Origin: Opitutaceae bacterium
GTDB lineage: Bacteria > Verrucomicrobiota > Verrucomicrobiia > Opitutales > Opitutaceae
Assembly: GCA_017988885.1 (NCBI GenBank)
Contig: JAGNQV010000001.1
Location: 1-56,180, forward strand
Length of the DNA: 56,180 bases
Direction of reading: 5' to 3'
This document shows, piece after piece, positions 1-8,664 of the stretch. The position numbers and the translations under genes are program-made. The notes below the pieces were generated by a model. It did not search any database. It saw only the letters and a program-made list of their open reading frames with translations, and was not told the DNA's origin. The number at the start of each line of letters is the position of its first letter. Within the stretch, counting starts at the first letter, position 1.

Positions 1-113
1 CCCCTTGAGTGACCCAGCCGACACATACTTTCAGCTCACCTTGAAGTGATCAATGACATGAACTGAGCGGCAAAAGCCGCACCTTCTACCTATACTTTTT
101 CGGACACGCCTCC

Positions 114-129
114 CCTAACGTCCGTTAGG
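114..129. repeat. 16-bp palindrome CCTAACG-TC-CGTTAGG
   Basis: Read directly: perfect 7-bp inverted arms separated by 2 nt, lying 14 nt upstream of the phased direct repeats. Confidence 0.8.
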
Positions 130-143
130 AAATCCTCATTACG

Positions 144-184
144 CCACTACTCGACCACTACTACGCCACTACTTTTTCACTACT
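144..184 (+). repeat. four direct repeats, CCACTACT x3 and TCACTACT x1, spaced exactly 11 bp apart; candidate iteron/centromere-like or operator array
   Basis: Repeat starts read at 144, 155, 166 and 177. The array lies about 70 nt upstream of the HTH-ParA operon start. Confidence 0.8.
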
Positions 185-209
185 CGCAGCGGACGCGGTG
201 TCATTATTT

Positions 210-237
210 TTGTCTTCCTCTATTCCCATATTATAAT
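210..237 (+). promoter_or_regulatory. sigma70-like promoter TTGTCT-N16-TATAAT
   Basis: -35-like TTGTCT at 210-215 and consensus TATAAT at 232-237 with a 16-nt spacer. The ATG at 253 follows 15 nt later. Confidence 0.45.
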
Positions 238-252
238 ACATTAGCCTGATTG

Positions 253-618
253 ATGGAAAACAACCCGCTGCACGCCCGTCTGATAGAGGATGCCCGCCGA
301 TACAACCCAGCGGAGCACACCGGCGGCCTGCTCGCTCCCTACCGGGACGTGTTACTGCTCTGGCGGGCCAAATACATGAGCTACGAGCAGATCGCCGCGA
401 CCTTGACCCGGCATGGGCTCAAGGTGTCGTCCGCGGCCGTCGGCATCTTCTGCCGGCGCACTTACACCAAAGGGGAGATTCTCCGGGAGCGGCAGCGGAC
501 AGAAAGCGGGGCCGGTCCCAAGCCGGTCACTGCCGCCACGATCCTCACTCTCACGCCAGCGACTATTCCCGCCGTCCCCGGCAAACGCGGGCCTAAGATC
601 GCACGAGACAACTACTGA
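253..618 (+). CDS. small helix-turn-helix DNA-binding protein (possible partition adaptor or regulator)
   Basis: ORF 250..618; the TTG at 250 is immediately followed by ATG at 253. HTH-like segment SYEQIAATLTRHGLKVSSAAVGIF. Stop lies 5 nt before the ParA-like gene. Confidence 0.6.
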   Translation: MENNPLHARLIEDARRYNPAEHTGGLLAPYRDVLLLWRAKYMSYEQIAATLTRHGLKVSSAAVGIFCRRTYTKGEILRERQRTESGAGPKPVTAATILTLTPATIPAVPGKRGPKIARDNY

Positions 619-623
619 AACCC

Positions 624-1331
624 ATGAACCCACCGACCAAACGCATCATTCTTTTTCCTCAGGACAAGGGCGGCATCGGCAAAAGCTTTGTCGCCACCCT
701 CCTTCATGACCACCTCATCGAGGAGGGAGTCACCGTCAAAGCCTTCGATCTGGATCACGCGAATTCTACGTTTCAAAGACTGGTCCCCGAAGCCGAGTTC
801 ATCGACACCGACGTGGACCCCAACAAATTAGGCACCCTCGACCGCATCATTCACGCCTTGAGCGAAGCGGACGTAGTCCTTGTGGACAATCGCGCTTCGG
901 GCGGCAGCAAGGTGCTCGCCTACATGGACGAAACTCAACTACCGGAACTGCAGGCCCAATTCGACTGCCTATTGGTATTTGTGGTGATCGCCACCGACGA
1001 CAAGGACGCCAACTCCCAGATCGCCGAGCTCCTCGATAGCCACGGCGAGCGTGTCCGCTGGCTGGTGGTCCGCAATTTCCGCGACGGTCCGAATCTGAAC
1101 CTCTTTGGTCAGAGCAATGCCCGAAAACGGCTGAGTGAGCTCAAAGCCGTCGAAATCGACCTGCCATGTCTCGCCGAAGTGACCCGCAATCAATTGCAGA
1201 CGGCAAACCTGACGGTCGGCAAGGGCCGCACTGCCACGCCGCTTCACCTGCTGGACCGCTCGCGGTGTATCCGCTTCCACACGCACATGGCAGGGGAACT
1301 CGCGAAAGCGCGGGAATTGCTCGTCGCATGA
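624..1331 (+). CDS. ParA/MinD-family ATPase (VirC1/partition-like)
   Basis: Deviant Walker A FPQDKGGIGKS near the N-terminus, size 235 aa, ATGA overlap with the next gene. Confidence 0.8.
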   Translation: MNPPTKRIILFPQDKGGIGKSFVATLLHDHLIEEGVTVKAFDLDHANSTFQRLVPEAEFIDTDVDPNKLGTLDRIIHALSEADVVLVDNRASGGSKVLAYMDETQLPELQAQFDCLLVFVVIATDDKDANSQIAELLDSHGERVRWLVVRNFRDGPNLNLFGQSNARKRLSELKAVEIDLPCLAEVTRNQLQTANLTVGKGRTATPLHLLDRSRCIRFHTHMAGELAKARELLVA

Positions 1332-1801
1332 AACCAGAGGAACTGCTCGACCCTGCGACGATGCCGGACGACCTGCAATGGGTGGTCACGCACTACCGCC
1401 TACAGCCCAATGACCCGGTATTCCTGCTCATTGCGTGGCACTGGAATCGGATGCAAGCGTGCGAGGACACCGTCAAGCTGGCCATCGTGGAGCTCAAAAG
1501 CGTCCTCGATGCCCGAGTTGAATCCTTGGCCGATGCGGCGGAAACCGTCACCGGAGTCAACGCAGTGCTAGCCGAGGTGCAGGCGGTATTGGAGGAAAAG
1601 CCCGCTCAATTGGCCCAACAGTTCGAAGCCGAGTTGAAACAACCCGTCGCCCATGCCGTCAGCCAGCTACAGGCCCTGGAAAAGTCGCTGGCACCGCTCG
1701 CGCGTAGTTTTCAAACGGCCCAGCGTCGGCAACTGCTCGCAGCGTTGTTAGTCGGCGTCGCGCTTGGCGTCCTGTCGGCGGTTATCGTGCTGCTGGCGTG
1801 A
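1328..1801 (+). CDS. coiled-coil protein with a C-terminal transmembrane anchor, function unknown
   Basis: ATG at 1328 overlaps the ParA stop (ATGA). Heptad-rich central region and hydrophobic tail LLAALLVGVALGVLSAVIVLLA. The 5' part of track ORF 1166..1801 overlaps ParA and is discounted. Confidence 0.55.
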   Translation: MKPEELLDPATMPDDLQWVVTHYRLQPNDPVFLLIAWHWNRMQACEDTVKLAIVELKSVLDARVESLADAAETVTGVNAVLAEVQAVLEEKPAQLAQQFEAELKQPVAHAVSQLQALEKSLAPLARSFQTAQRRQLLAALLVGVALGVLSAVIVLLA

Positions 1802-3270
1802 AGGCCCGCACGGTCAGCTTGGCCGGGACGTGCTTCGCCGGGGCTTTGCTGGCGAAGGTCGGCATCGCGGCTCCGGTGGGCTACTGGCTGTCTCTGGCGG
1901 CAGCATCGGTCGGAGTGTGGCTGGCGTATTGTGCGCTGGTCGAGGTCCTCGGAAATCAGACCGGCATCGTGCTCCGGCTATGGGGGCTGACATGGACTCG
2001 AGACGAGGCCTGTTGCCATTTCTTTATCACGGGGGCAACGGGCACGGGTAAAACCGCCCGGGCAGTCGTGCCGATTATCCACGGTTTGCGCTCAACTTTA
2101 CCGGATACGGGGATCCTCGCGATCGACTCCAAAGGTGCGCTCTGGAAGCCAATGGCCGCTATCGCACAAGCCCTTGGCCAAGAGGAAAACCTTCGGCTCA
2201 TCCGCGTGCGGCCGACGCATATCCCCCGCCCCAAATGGACCCCATCAATCCGGCTCAACGTTCTTGGTGACCTTACAGTCCCATGGAGCACGTATGCCAA
2301 AATCATCGTCGATACGGCCACCGCCGCCGGTCAGCGCGGCGGCCAAGCCTTTTTTAAGGAGACTGCCCGTGATACCATCACTCATGCGATGCATGCTTTG
2401 GAGGTAGCCGATCTGCCAGTGACCCTTTCCAATATTCACAACGTGATTTGCATTTCGTCGGACACGGCATTGCTGCTTGGGCGATTGGCCGAGACCAAAG
2501 GGGCCACAGCTGAAATTGAACGCCAGTATTTCAAGGACTTCGCTGCTCAACCACCGGAACAGAAAGGTGGCACCATCTCAACCGTCGCCAATTTCCTCCG
2601 CCCCTACACGCCTCCAGATATCAGTGACGTCTTCTGCTCTACGCAGCCAAATTTCACGCTCAGCGAGGTCGATGCCGGCCGACTCATCTGCCTGTCCATT
2701 CCCCAGACCTATCAAGTCGAGCGGCGATACTTAAACCTTCTCTGCAAGCAGCTGTTTTTCCTTCACGCCTTCCGTCGCTTCGATTTGGAACCAGCAGAAA
2801 TGCGGCAGCGTAACGTCATCGCCCTCGTGCTCGATGAGGGTCAGAAAACCACCCTCGTATCCGAGGATGGTTTTTCCGATCACGCCACGGTGGATGAACT
2901 ACGCGAAGCCGGCGTCTGCCTCATTTCGGCGACACAGACCCCCCTTTCACTCTACGCCTCCTTTGAAACCGAACGAAAGGCCGACGTATTCATGGCCAAT
3001 CTTCGCACGCAGATACACTTTCGAGCCGCCGACGAGAAAGGCGCCAAGATCATCTCCGATAAAATGGGCGGCCGCGAAATTCGTAAATACAGCGGAGGCG
3101 TCAGCCATGGTCGCACCTCGCGAAACTGGCAGTTAGCAGATGAACCGTGGTTCAAGTCGGCAGCGTTACTTTCAATGAAAGCAGGAAAAGCTGTGGTGAA
3201 ACATCCCCACAAAACCGGGCGACCATTTCTCAAGACGCTCTCATATACATGCTTTACTGGCGATCGGTAG
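1798..3270 (+). CDS. virD4: type IV coupling protein (VirD4/TraG/TraD family ATPase)
   Basis: N-terminal TM helices, Walker A FFITGATGTGKT, Walker B ALVLDEGQ, and the SATQTP...LRTQIHFRAAD motif block typical of T4CPs. GTG start overlaps the upstream stop (GTGA). Confidence 0.8.
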   Translation: MKARTVSLAGTCFAGALLAKVGIAAPVGYWLSLAAASVGVWLAYCALVEVLGNQTGIVLRLWGLTWTRDEACCHFFITGATGTGKTARAVVPIIHGLRSTLPDTGILAIDSKGALWKPMAAIAQALGQEENLRLIRVRPTHIPRPKWTPSIRLNVLGDLTVPWSTYAKIIVDTATAAGQRGGQAFFKETARDTITHAMHALEVADLPVTLSNIHNVICISSDTALLLGRLAETKGATAEIERQYFKDFAAQPPEQKGGTISTVANFLRPYTPPDISDVFCSTQPNFTLSEVDAGRLICLSIPQTYQVERRYLNLLCKQLFFLHAFRRFDLEPAEMRQRNVIALVLDEGQKTTLVSEDGFSDHATVDELREAGVCLISATQTPLSLYASFETERKADVFMANLRTQIHFRAADEKGAKIISDKMGGREIRKYSGGVSHGRTSRNWQLADEPWFKSAALLSMKAGKAVVKHPHKTGRPFLKTLSYTCFTGDR

Positions 3271-3342
3271 CGTCTCTGAGGTGCGGTAAGAATCACCAGA
3301 ATTCGCTTTCCGCATTCGCCGGAAACCACATCCTTCACGCTC

Positions 3343-4863
3343 GTGCCGACTTCCTCCACGCCCCGTCCGTTCGGGTCCGCCGCCGCCTTACGCCCGCCCG
3401 CCAAGCAGTATTCGTTGCACCCACTGGAACGCACCCTCGCCGGCATCGTCATCGCCTTGCTGGTGTTCCTGCCCTGGGCGCTGGGTGGGATGAGACTCTG
3501 GGGCCAGTGGATCGCCCTCGCCCTCGCCACCCTCGCCTTCGTCGTCGCACTCATTCCGAGAAACTACACCGAACGTCACCATGCCAGCGGCCACCTGCGG
3601 CTCTACATGTTTCCGAAATTATACAAGTTCCCGCTATTCTGGCTGGGGCTCATTTACTTCGCGCTGATCGTTTGCCAGATTCTCAACCCAGCGTGGACCT
3701 ATCGCTCGTCCAGCGCCGGTTGGTGGCTGGAAGCCATCGACTATATCAAATGGCTCCCGCACGGACTCGAAGGCACGCCCTTCAAAGTCATGAACGGCTG
3801 GCGCACCCTGATGATCCACGGCACCGCCTGGCTGATGGTCTGCGCCTTGTGGATCGGTATCACGCGACGACGCGCGCTTCTCGTCTTACTCATTACGCTG
3901 GCTTGCAATGCCGTGTTGCTCGGCTGTCTAGCCATCGCCCAGCGCGTAACTGGCACCGATGCCATTTTCTGGTCGGTTCCTTCGTCCAACATCATCTGGG
4001 GCACTTTCTTTTACCGGAACCACGCTGCCGCTTGGTTCAATTTAATGGTCCCCATCACCTGCGGCCTAGCCGCTTGGTTTCAGCTGCGTGCGTTGAAGAG
4101 TTTTGCCAAGTCGAGCCCGGCGGCAGTCCTCACCTTTCTAGCGCTGTTCCTGAGCGTAATCGTGGTTGGCAGTCATTCGCGTGGCGGCGTCATCTCACTT
4201 GTCGTGTTTATCGTGACCTTTTTTGTGGCGTATGTGATCCGCCATTTAACCCTGCCAGCATATCCCAGGCGCAGACTCGTCATAGGCGTGCTTGGCGTCC
4301 TTTTCTGCTTTTTTGCCGTCCAAGGCCTGCGCGAACTCAACGCCAAGGAAACGTGGTCGCGTTTCGACGATATCCTTAAAGGTAATGATGAATCTGTCTT
4401 ATCACGCCGGTTGGCGACCCGCGCCACATTCGACATGTGGCAGGACGATCCTTGGCTAGGCCATGGTGCTGGTGGCTATCGTTTCCTCTTCCCGCTCTAT
4501 CAACAGCAATATCCTGCGATCTGGGCGGAAAAACGATGGGACAACAAAACCAAGACTACAAAATATGATGGCCGGCGGCTTTTGTGGGAAAACGCCCATA
4601 ATGACCCGGTTCAAGCCCTTGCCGAACTGGGTATCTTGGGCGTGGGCTTGCTCACTGCTGGTGGCATTTGGTGGTTGGTTGCAGCAATCCAGCGCGGGGT
4701 CTTCACCAATCTCATGGGGCTCTCCCTGTCGTTCGGTCTCGCCGCCATTCTTGCCCATTCTTGGGGCGAATTCGTGTTCCACTGTCCTGCGATCCTGCTC
4801 ACTTGGCTCGCTCTGCTTACTATCACTCTCCTCTGGTGTGAACGTGACGGCGTCCGTCGCTAA
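3343..4863 (+). CDS. O-antigen ligase / polymerase family membrane protein (Wzy_C domain)
   Basis: Polytopic membrane protein with an SHSRGG motif and ENAHNDPVQALAELGILGVGLL (the Wzy_C signature H-N...E.G). GTG start at 3343 is uncertain. Confidence 0.7.
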   Translation: MPTSSTPRPFGSAAALRPPAKQYSLHPLERTLAGIVIALLVFLPWALGGMRLWGQWIALALATLAFVVALIPRNYTERHHASGHLRLYMFPKLYKFPLFWLGLIYFALIVCQILNPAWTYRSSSAGWWLEAIDYIKWLPHGLEGTPFKVMNGWRTLMIHGTAWLMVCALWIGITRRRALLVLLITLACNAVLLGCLAIAQRVTGTDAIFWSVPSSNIIWGTFFYRNHAAAWFNLMVPITCGLAAWFQLRALKSFAKSSPAAVLTFLALFLSVIVVGSHSRGGVISLVVFIVTFFVAYVIRHLTLPAYPRRRLVIGVLGVLFCFFAVQGLRELNAKETWSRFDDILKGNDESVLSRRLATRATFDMWQDDPWLGHGAGGYRFLFPLYQQQYPAIWAEKRWDNKTKTTKYDGRRLLWENAHNDPVQALAELGILGVGLLTAGGIWWLVAAIQRGVFTNLMGLSLSFGLAAILAHSWGEFVFHCPAILLTWLALLTITLLWCERDGVRR

Positions 4864-4878
4864 TCCCCCACCCTTCGC

Positions 4879-6744
4879 TCAATCGAGGAAGGGTGTATAT
4901 TCAGGAACGAAAGTCTTAATCATTTTTTTGACATCCATCGCTTCCATTTTGTAGAGACCTTGCTCGATGGTGGTTAGCGTGTCCTCCGAGAGTTCACTCT
5001 CATCACGCACCGTAAAACGCATAATGCGTGGGTGCGCGGTGAGGGTGTGCTTTTCCCCGTGATGCTGCAACTCTTCATAGAGTTTTTCGCCCGGTTTCAG
5101 TCCCGTGAACTGGATTTCAATATCCTCGCCGGCCTTCAAGCCGCTGAGCTCGATCATCTGCCGCGCCAGATCCACGATTTTCACCGACTGGCCCATATCG
5201 AGCACCAAGATATCCCCGCTCCGGCCCAACACCGCACTTTGTAGCACCAATCCCACCGCCTCAGGAATGGTCATGAAAAAGCGCGTGACCTCGGGATGCG
5301 TTACCGTAACCGGGCCACCGCGCTCGATCTGTTCTCGAAAAATCGGAATCACGCTACCCGAGGAACCCAGCACATTACCAAAGCGCACGGCTACAAACCG
5401 GGTCGACCCAGTTTGCCGGGCCGCGAGCCGCTGCAGTTCCAGTTCGGCCAATCGCTTTGAAGCGCCCATCACACTGGTCGGGTTGATCGCTTTGTCCGTG
5501 GAGATAAGCACAAAGGTCTGACTGCCAAAAGCCAGCGCCAGTTCTCCCAGCCGCCGAGTGCCCAACGCATTATTGTGCACGGCTTCGGCCGGTTGCCGCT
5601 CCATCATGAACACGTGCTTGTGCGCCGCCGCATGGAAAATGATCTCGGGGCGGTAACGCTCGAAAATCTGCCGCATGCGCGTTTCATCGAGAATATTAGC
5701 CACCAGCGGAATCGCGTTAGAGGCCGAGCCCAGATCCGCCAGTTGACGCTCCGCTAGGAAAAGACTGCCTTCCGATCGCTCAACCATCAGTAGCCGCTTG
5801 GGGTTGTTCGTGGCTATCTGCCGGCACAGTTCGCTGCCGATGCTGCCGCCGGCACCCGTGACCATGACCACCTTGTTTTCGACCAGTGCCCGGATTGCGG
5901 CCGAATCGAGCTCCACCTGTTCACGGCCCAACAAATCCTCAATTTGCACGGGGCGGATGCGATTTGCTTTCACGCGGCCGGACGCCAACTCCTCCAAAGA
6001 AGGCATGGTTTCCACCGGCAACCCCAAAGCCGTCATGTGTCGGACGATTTCTCGCACTCGCTTGCCCGACGCTGTCGGCATCGCGATGACGACTTTGCTG
6101 ATATTGAAACGTCCACGTAGTCCCTCCACTTCGTCCGGCCGACCCGCGACCATCACGCCATGGATAAGTTTACCTCGCTTATCCGGATCATCGTCAAGGA
6201 AGAGCACTGGGCGAAAGCCCCGGGCCGGAGACCCAAGAAAATCTCGGGCCAAGGCCGCACCGGCATCTCCCGCGCCAACAATAGCCAGATCGGCCTTCAC
6301 TTGCGCACCCATCCGTCTGGCCATGACAAAACGCTCGCGGTAGATACGAGCCCCAAGGCGCAGCAGACAAAGTCCGGCCACACTGAGCACAAAATCGATT
6401 AACAGCACCCCGCGTGGCACTAAAATCAGAGAACTGTCGATCGGCCTGATCAACATTAGCAGTGCCACCGCTATCGCCATAGCTAGCCCAATTCTACCGA
6501 GATCAGGCACACTAAAGTAAGTGACCATGGTATCCAGCTGCCGCATCCAAAGCAGCATCAGCAATTTAACCCCCACCACGACAACCAGCGCCAATATCCG
6601 GCCAGTTTGAAAATTCCCCGGCACGAGGAAGTCGAAGCGAAACTCATACGCCAGATACAGGCTCATGATCAGCACGACCGCATAAGCACCCGCTAGGGTG
6701 AGGATGCGGCGGAATTTACTGAGATCCCAAAATGCTGTTCCCAT
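4879..6744 (-). CDS. membrane-anchored UDP-sugar 4,6-dehydratase (CapD/WbpM/PglF family)
   Basis: Four N-terminal TM helices followed by Rossmann motifs IVGAGDAG and VTGAGGSIGSEL. 621 aa, typical of the family. Confidence 0.85.
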   Translation of the reverse strand: MGTAFWDLSKFRRILTLAGAYAVVLIMSLYLAYEFRFDFLVPGNFQTGRILALVVVVGVKLLMLLWMRQLDTMVTYFSVPDLGRIGLAMAIAVALLMLIRPIDSSLILVPRGVLLIDFVLSVAGLCLLRLGARIYRERFVMARRMGAQVKADLAIVGAGDAGAALARDFLGSPARGFRPVLFLDDDPDKRGKLIHGVMVAGRPDEVEGLRGRFNISKVVIAMPTASGKRVREIVRHMTALGLPVETMPSLEELASGRVKANRIRPVQIEDLLGREQVELDSAAIRALVENKVVMVTGAGGSIGSELCRQIATNNPKRLLMVERSEGSLFLAERQLADLGSASNAIPLVANILDETRMRQIFERYRPEIIFHAAAHKHVFMMERQPAEAVHNNALGTRRLGELALAFGSQTFVLISTDKAINPTSVMGASKRLAELELQRLAARQTGSTRFVAVRFGNVLGSSGSVIPIFREQIERGGPVTVTHPEVTRFFMTIPEAVGLVLQSAVLGRSGDILVLDMGQSVKIVDLARQMIELSGLKAGEDIEIQFTGLKPGEKLYEELQHHGEKHTLTAHPRIMRFTVRDESELSEDTLTTIEQGLYKMEAMDVKKMIKTFVPEYTPFLD

Positions 6745-6756
6745 GATATTAAGTCT

Positions 6757-7362
6757 CTAGGTCTTGGGCTGGAATTCCGGCATCGTGGCCTCACCTTGGG
6801 CGCTGATACCCTCGCGACGGAATACTTTCACCACTGTTTCAAAAAGTATGCCGCAGTCCATCTGCAAAGTTCTCGTTTCGATATAGCGCACATCCCAGTC
6901 AAATTTCTCCTCCCAGGTTAACGTATTGCGCCCTCGCACTTGGGCCAGACCCGTCAATCCCGGCGGCACTTCATGTCGGCGTGCCTGCCGCTTTGAATAG
7001 CGCGGCAAATACTCCACCAAGAGTGGTCTCGGCCCGACCAAGCTCATTTCTCCGCCCAAGATATTCAGCAACTCGGGCAATTCGTCGAGCGAGCTCGCGC
7101 GCAACCAACGCCCAAACGCCGTCAATCTCTCGCTATCGGGCAGTAATCGCCCATCTTCATCAGCCGCATTCCGCATCGTTCGAAATTTGATCAGTTCAAA
7201 AATTTCCCCGCGCAAACCCGGCCGACGTTGCCGAAAAAAAACCGGCCGGCCCAGATTGGCCCAGACCAGCAGCGCCACACCCAACAGCAAGGGCAGCCAC
7301 AGCGGCATCGTCAGGACCACCACAATGAAATCAAAGATACGTTTCAGGCGAAGGCTTCGCAT
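6757..7362 (-). CDS. undecaprenyl-phosphate sugar phosphotransferase (small PglC/WbaP-C-type initiating transferase)
   Basis: KRIFDFIVVVL...RPVFFRQRRPG..G..F...KFRTM and DELPQL-like DELPELLNIL..MSLVGPRP motifs. Confidence 0.85.
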   Translation of the reverse strand: MRSLRLKRIFDFIVVVLTMPLWLPLLLGVALLVWANLGRPVFFRQRRPGLRGEIFELIKFRTMRNAADEDGRLLPDSERLTAFGRWLRASSLDELPELLNILGGEMSLVGPRPLLVEYLPRYSKRQARRHEVPPGLTGLAQVRGRNTLTWEEKFDWDVRYIETRTLQMDCGILFETVVKVFRREGISAQGEATMPEFQPKT

Positions 7363-7389
7363 GGGATTACTTCAAAAATAGGTCGCGCA

Positions 7390-8517
7390 CTACCAGCAGC
7401 GCTTCACTACATCGACCACGCGTTCCCGATCAGCCGCAGTGAGATTCGACCCCGAAGGCAGGCAAAGTCCGCGCGCAAACAATTCCTCGGCAACCGCGCC
7501 GCCTACACGGTCATAAGCAGCAAAAATCGGTTGCAAATGCATGGGTTTCCAAACAGGCCGGGCTTCGATGTTTTCCGCCATCAGTTTCTCCCGAACACGT
7601 TCACGGTCCGTGCCGGCTAACAGCGGATCGATGGTGATACAAGTCAGCCACCGCGTGCACCGTCCCCACCCGGCTTCTGGCATAAAACTCAATCCCGGCA
7701 AACCCGCTAACGCTTTTTGATAAAACTCCGTGTTGGCTCGACGGGCGTTTACCCGCTCCGCGAGCACCCGCAACTGTCCACGGCCAATACCCGCAAGCAC
7801 ATTGCTCATTCGGTAATTGTAGCCAATCTCAGAGTGCTGGTAGTGCGGCGCCGGATCCCGTGCCTGCGTTGCCATGAATCGGGCTTTCTCGATCAGTTGG
7901 CCTTCCGCCGAAACCAGCATACCTCCTCCTGAGGTAGTGATGATCTTATTGCCGTTAAAAGAATATATCCCCATCCGGCCACGAGTTCCCGGTGCAATGC
8001 CCTTGTAGGACGCACCCAAGGCTTCAGCCGCATCCTCGATCAATGGCACTTCATACCGGTCACATAACGTCTGAATCGCATCAATGTCCGCACTTTGTCC
8101 ATATAGATGCACCAATACGACTGCTTTGGGCAATCGTCCTGCCCGCGCTCGTAACGCCAATACCTCAGAGAGACGGTTAGGGTCCATATTCCAAGATTGT
8201 CGTTCGCTGTCGATGAACACCGGTCGTGCCCCTTCGTAGAGTATCGGGTTCACACTTGCGCTGAACGTCAACGTCGATACCATTACTTCGTCATCTCGGC
8301 GTACGCCAATCAGCCGCATCGCCAAATGCAGTGCCGCCGTGCCGGAGGAAAGTGCCGCCGCATGCGCGATACCTACAGCCGATGAAAATTCGCCCTCAAA
8401 CGCGTCAACATGCGGCCCCAGCGGGGCAATCCAATTGGTAGCAAACGCTTCACGCACCAATTCGAACTCATCAGTGCCCATATGGGGTGACGACAGGTAG
8501 ATGCGCGGATGACTCAT
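7390..8517 (-). CDS. DegT/DnrJ/EryC1/StrS aminotransferase (PglE/WcfR-like 4-aminotransferase)
   Basis: SSGTAALHLA, EDAAEALGA and YSFNGNKIITTSGGGML (PLP-lysine region), plus GYNYRMSN. Start taken at MSHPRIYLSSPHM (8517); the track ORF extends to 8556. Confidence 0.8.
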   Translation of the reverse strand: MSHPRIYLSSPHMGTDEFELVREAFATNWIAPLGPHVDAFEGEFSSAVGIAHAAALSSGTAALHLAMRLIGVRRDDEVMVSTLTFSASVNPILYEGARPVFIDSERQSWNMDPNRLSEVLALRARAGRLPKAVVLVHLYGQSADIDAIQTLCDRYEVPLIEDAAEALGASYKGIAPGTRGRMGIYSFNGNKIITTSGGGMLVSAEGQLIEKARFMATQARDPAPHYQHSEIGYNYRMSNVLAGIGRGQLRVLAERVNARRANTEFYQKALAGLPGLSFMPEAGWGRCTRWLTCITIDPLLAGTDRERVREKLMAENIEARPVWKPMHLQPIFAAYDRVGGAVAEELFARGLCLPSGSNLTAADRERVVDVVKRCW

Positions 8518-8664
8518 GGAGCTTTCCACTATGCTTTGGACCATGATCTTAATCAAGGAACTTACACCCTATTGGGCGTTTTCTCCTGCAAACGATTCCG
8601 GTTCGTAATCACGCCCTAGTGAATCCCAATCACTGGGAGGAAGATCGCTCAGCAAACTTCATCT

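Noticed and set aside
3147-4379. 410-aa + strand ORF overlapping the O-antigen-ligase-like gene in another frame
   Set aside because: It is Arg/Pro/His-rich low-complexity translation, typical of off-frame reading in GC-rich DNA. The 3343..4863 frame has coherent TM helices and the Wzy_C motif.
4869-4895. Hairpin CACCCTTC-N11-GAAGGGTG between the convergent ligase-like and CapD-like genes as a bidirectional terminator
   Set aside because: The stem is only 8 bp with an 11-nt loop and no flanking U-runs, and it overlaps the CapD-like stop codon. This is too weak to call.
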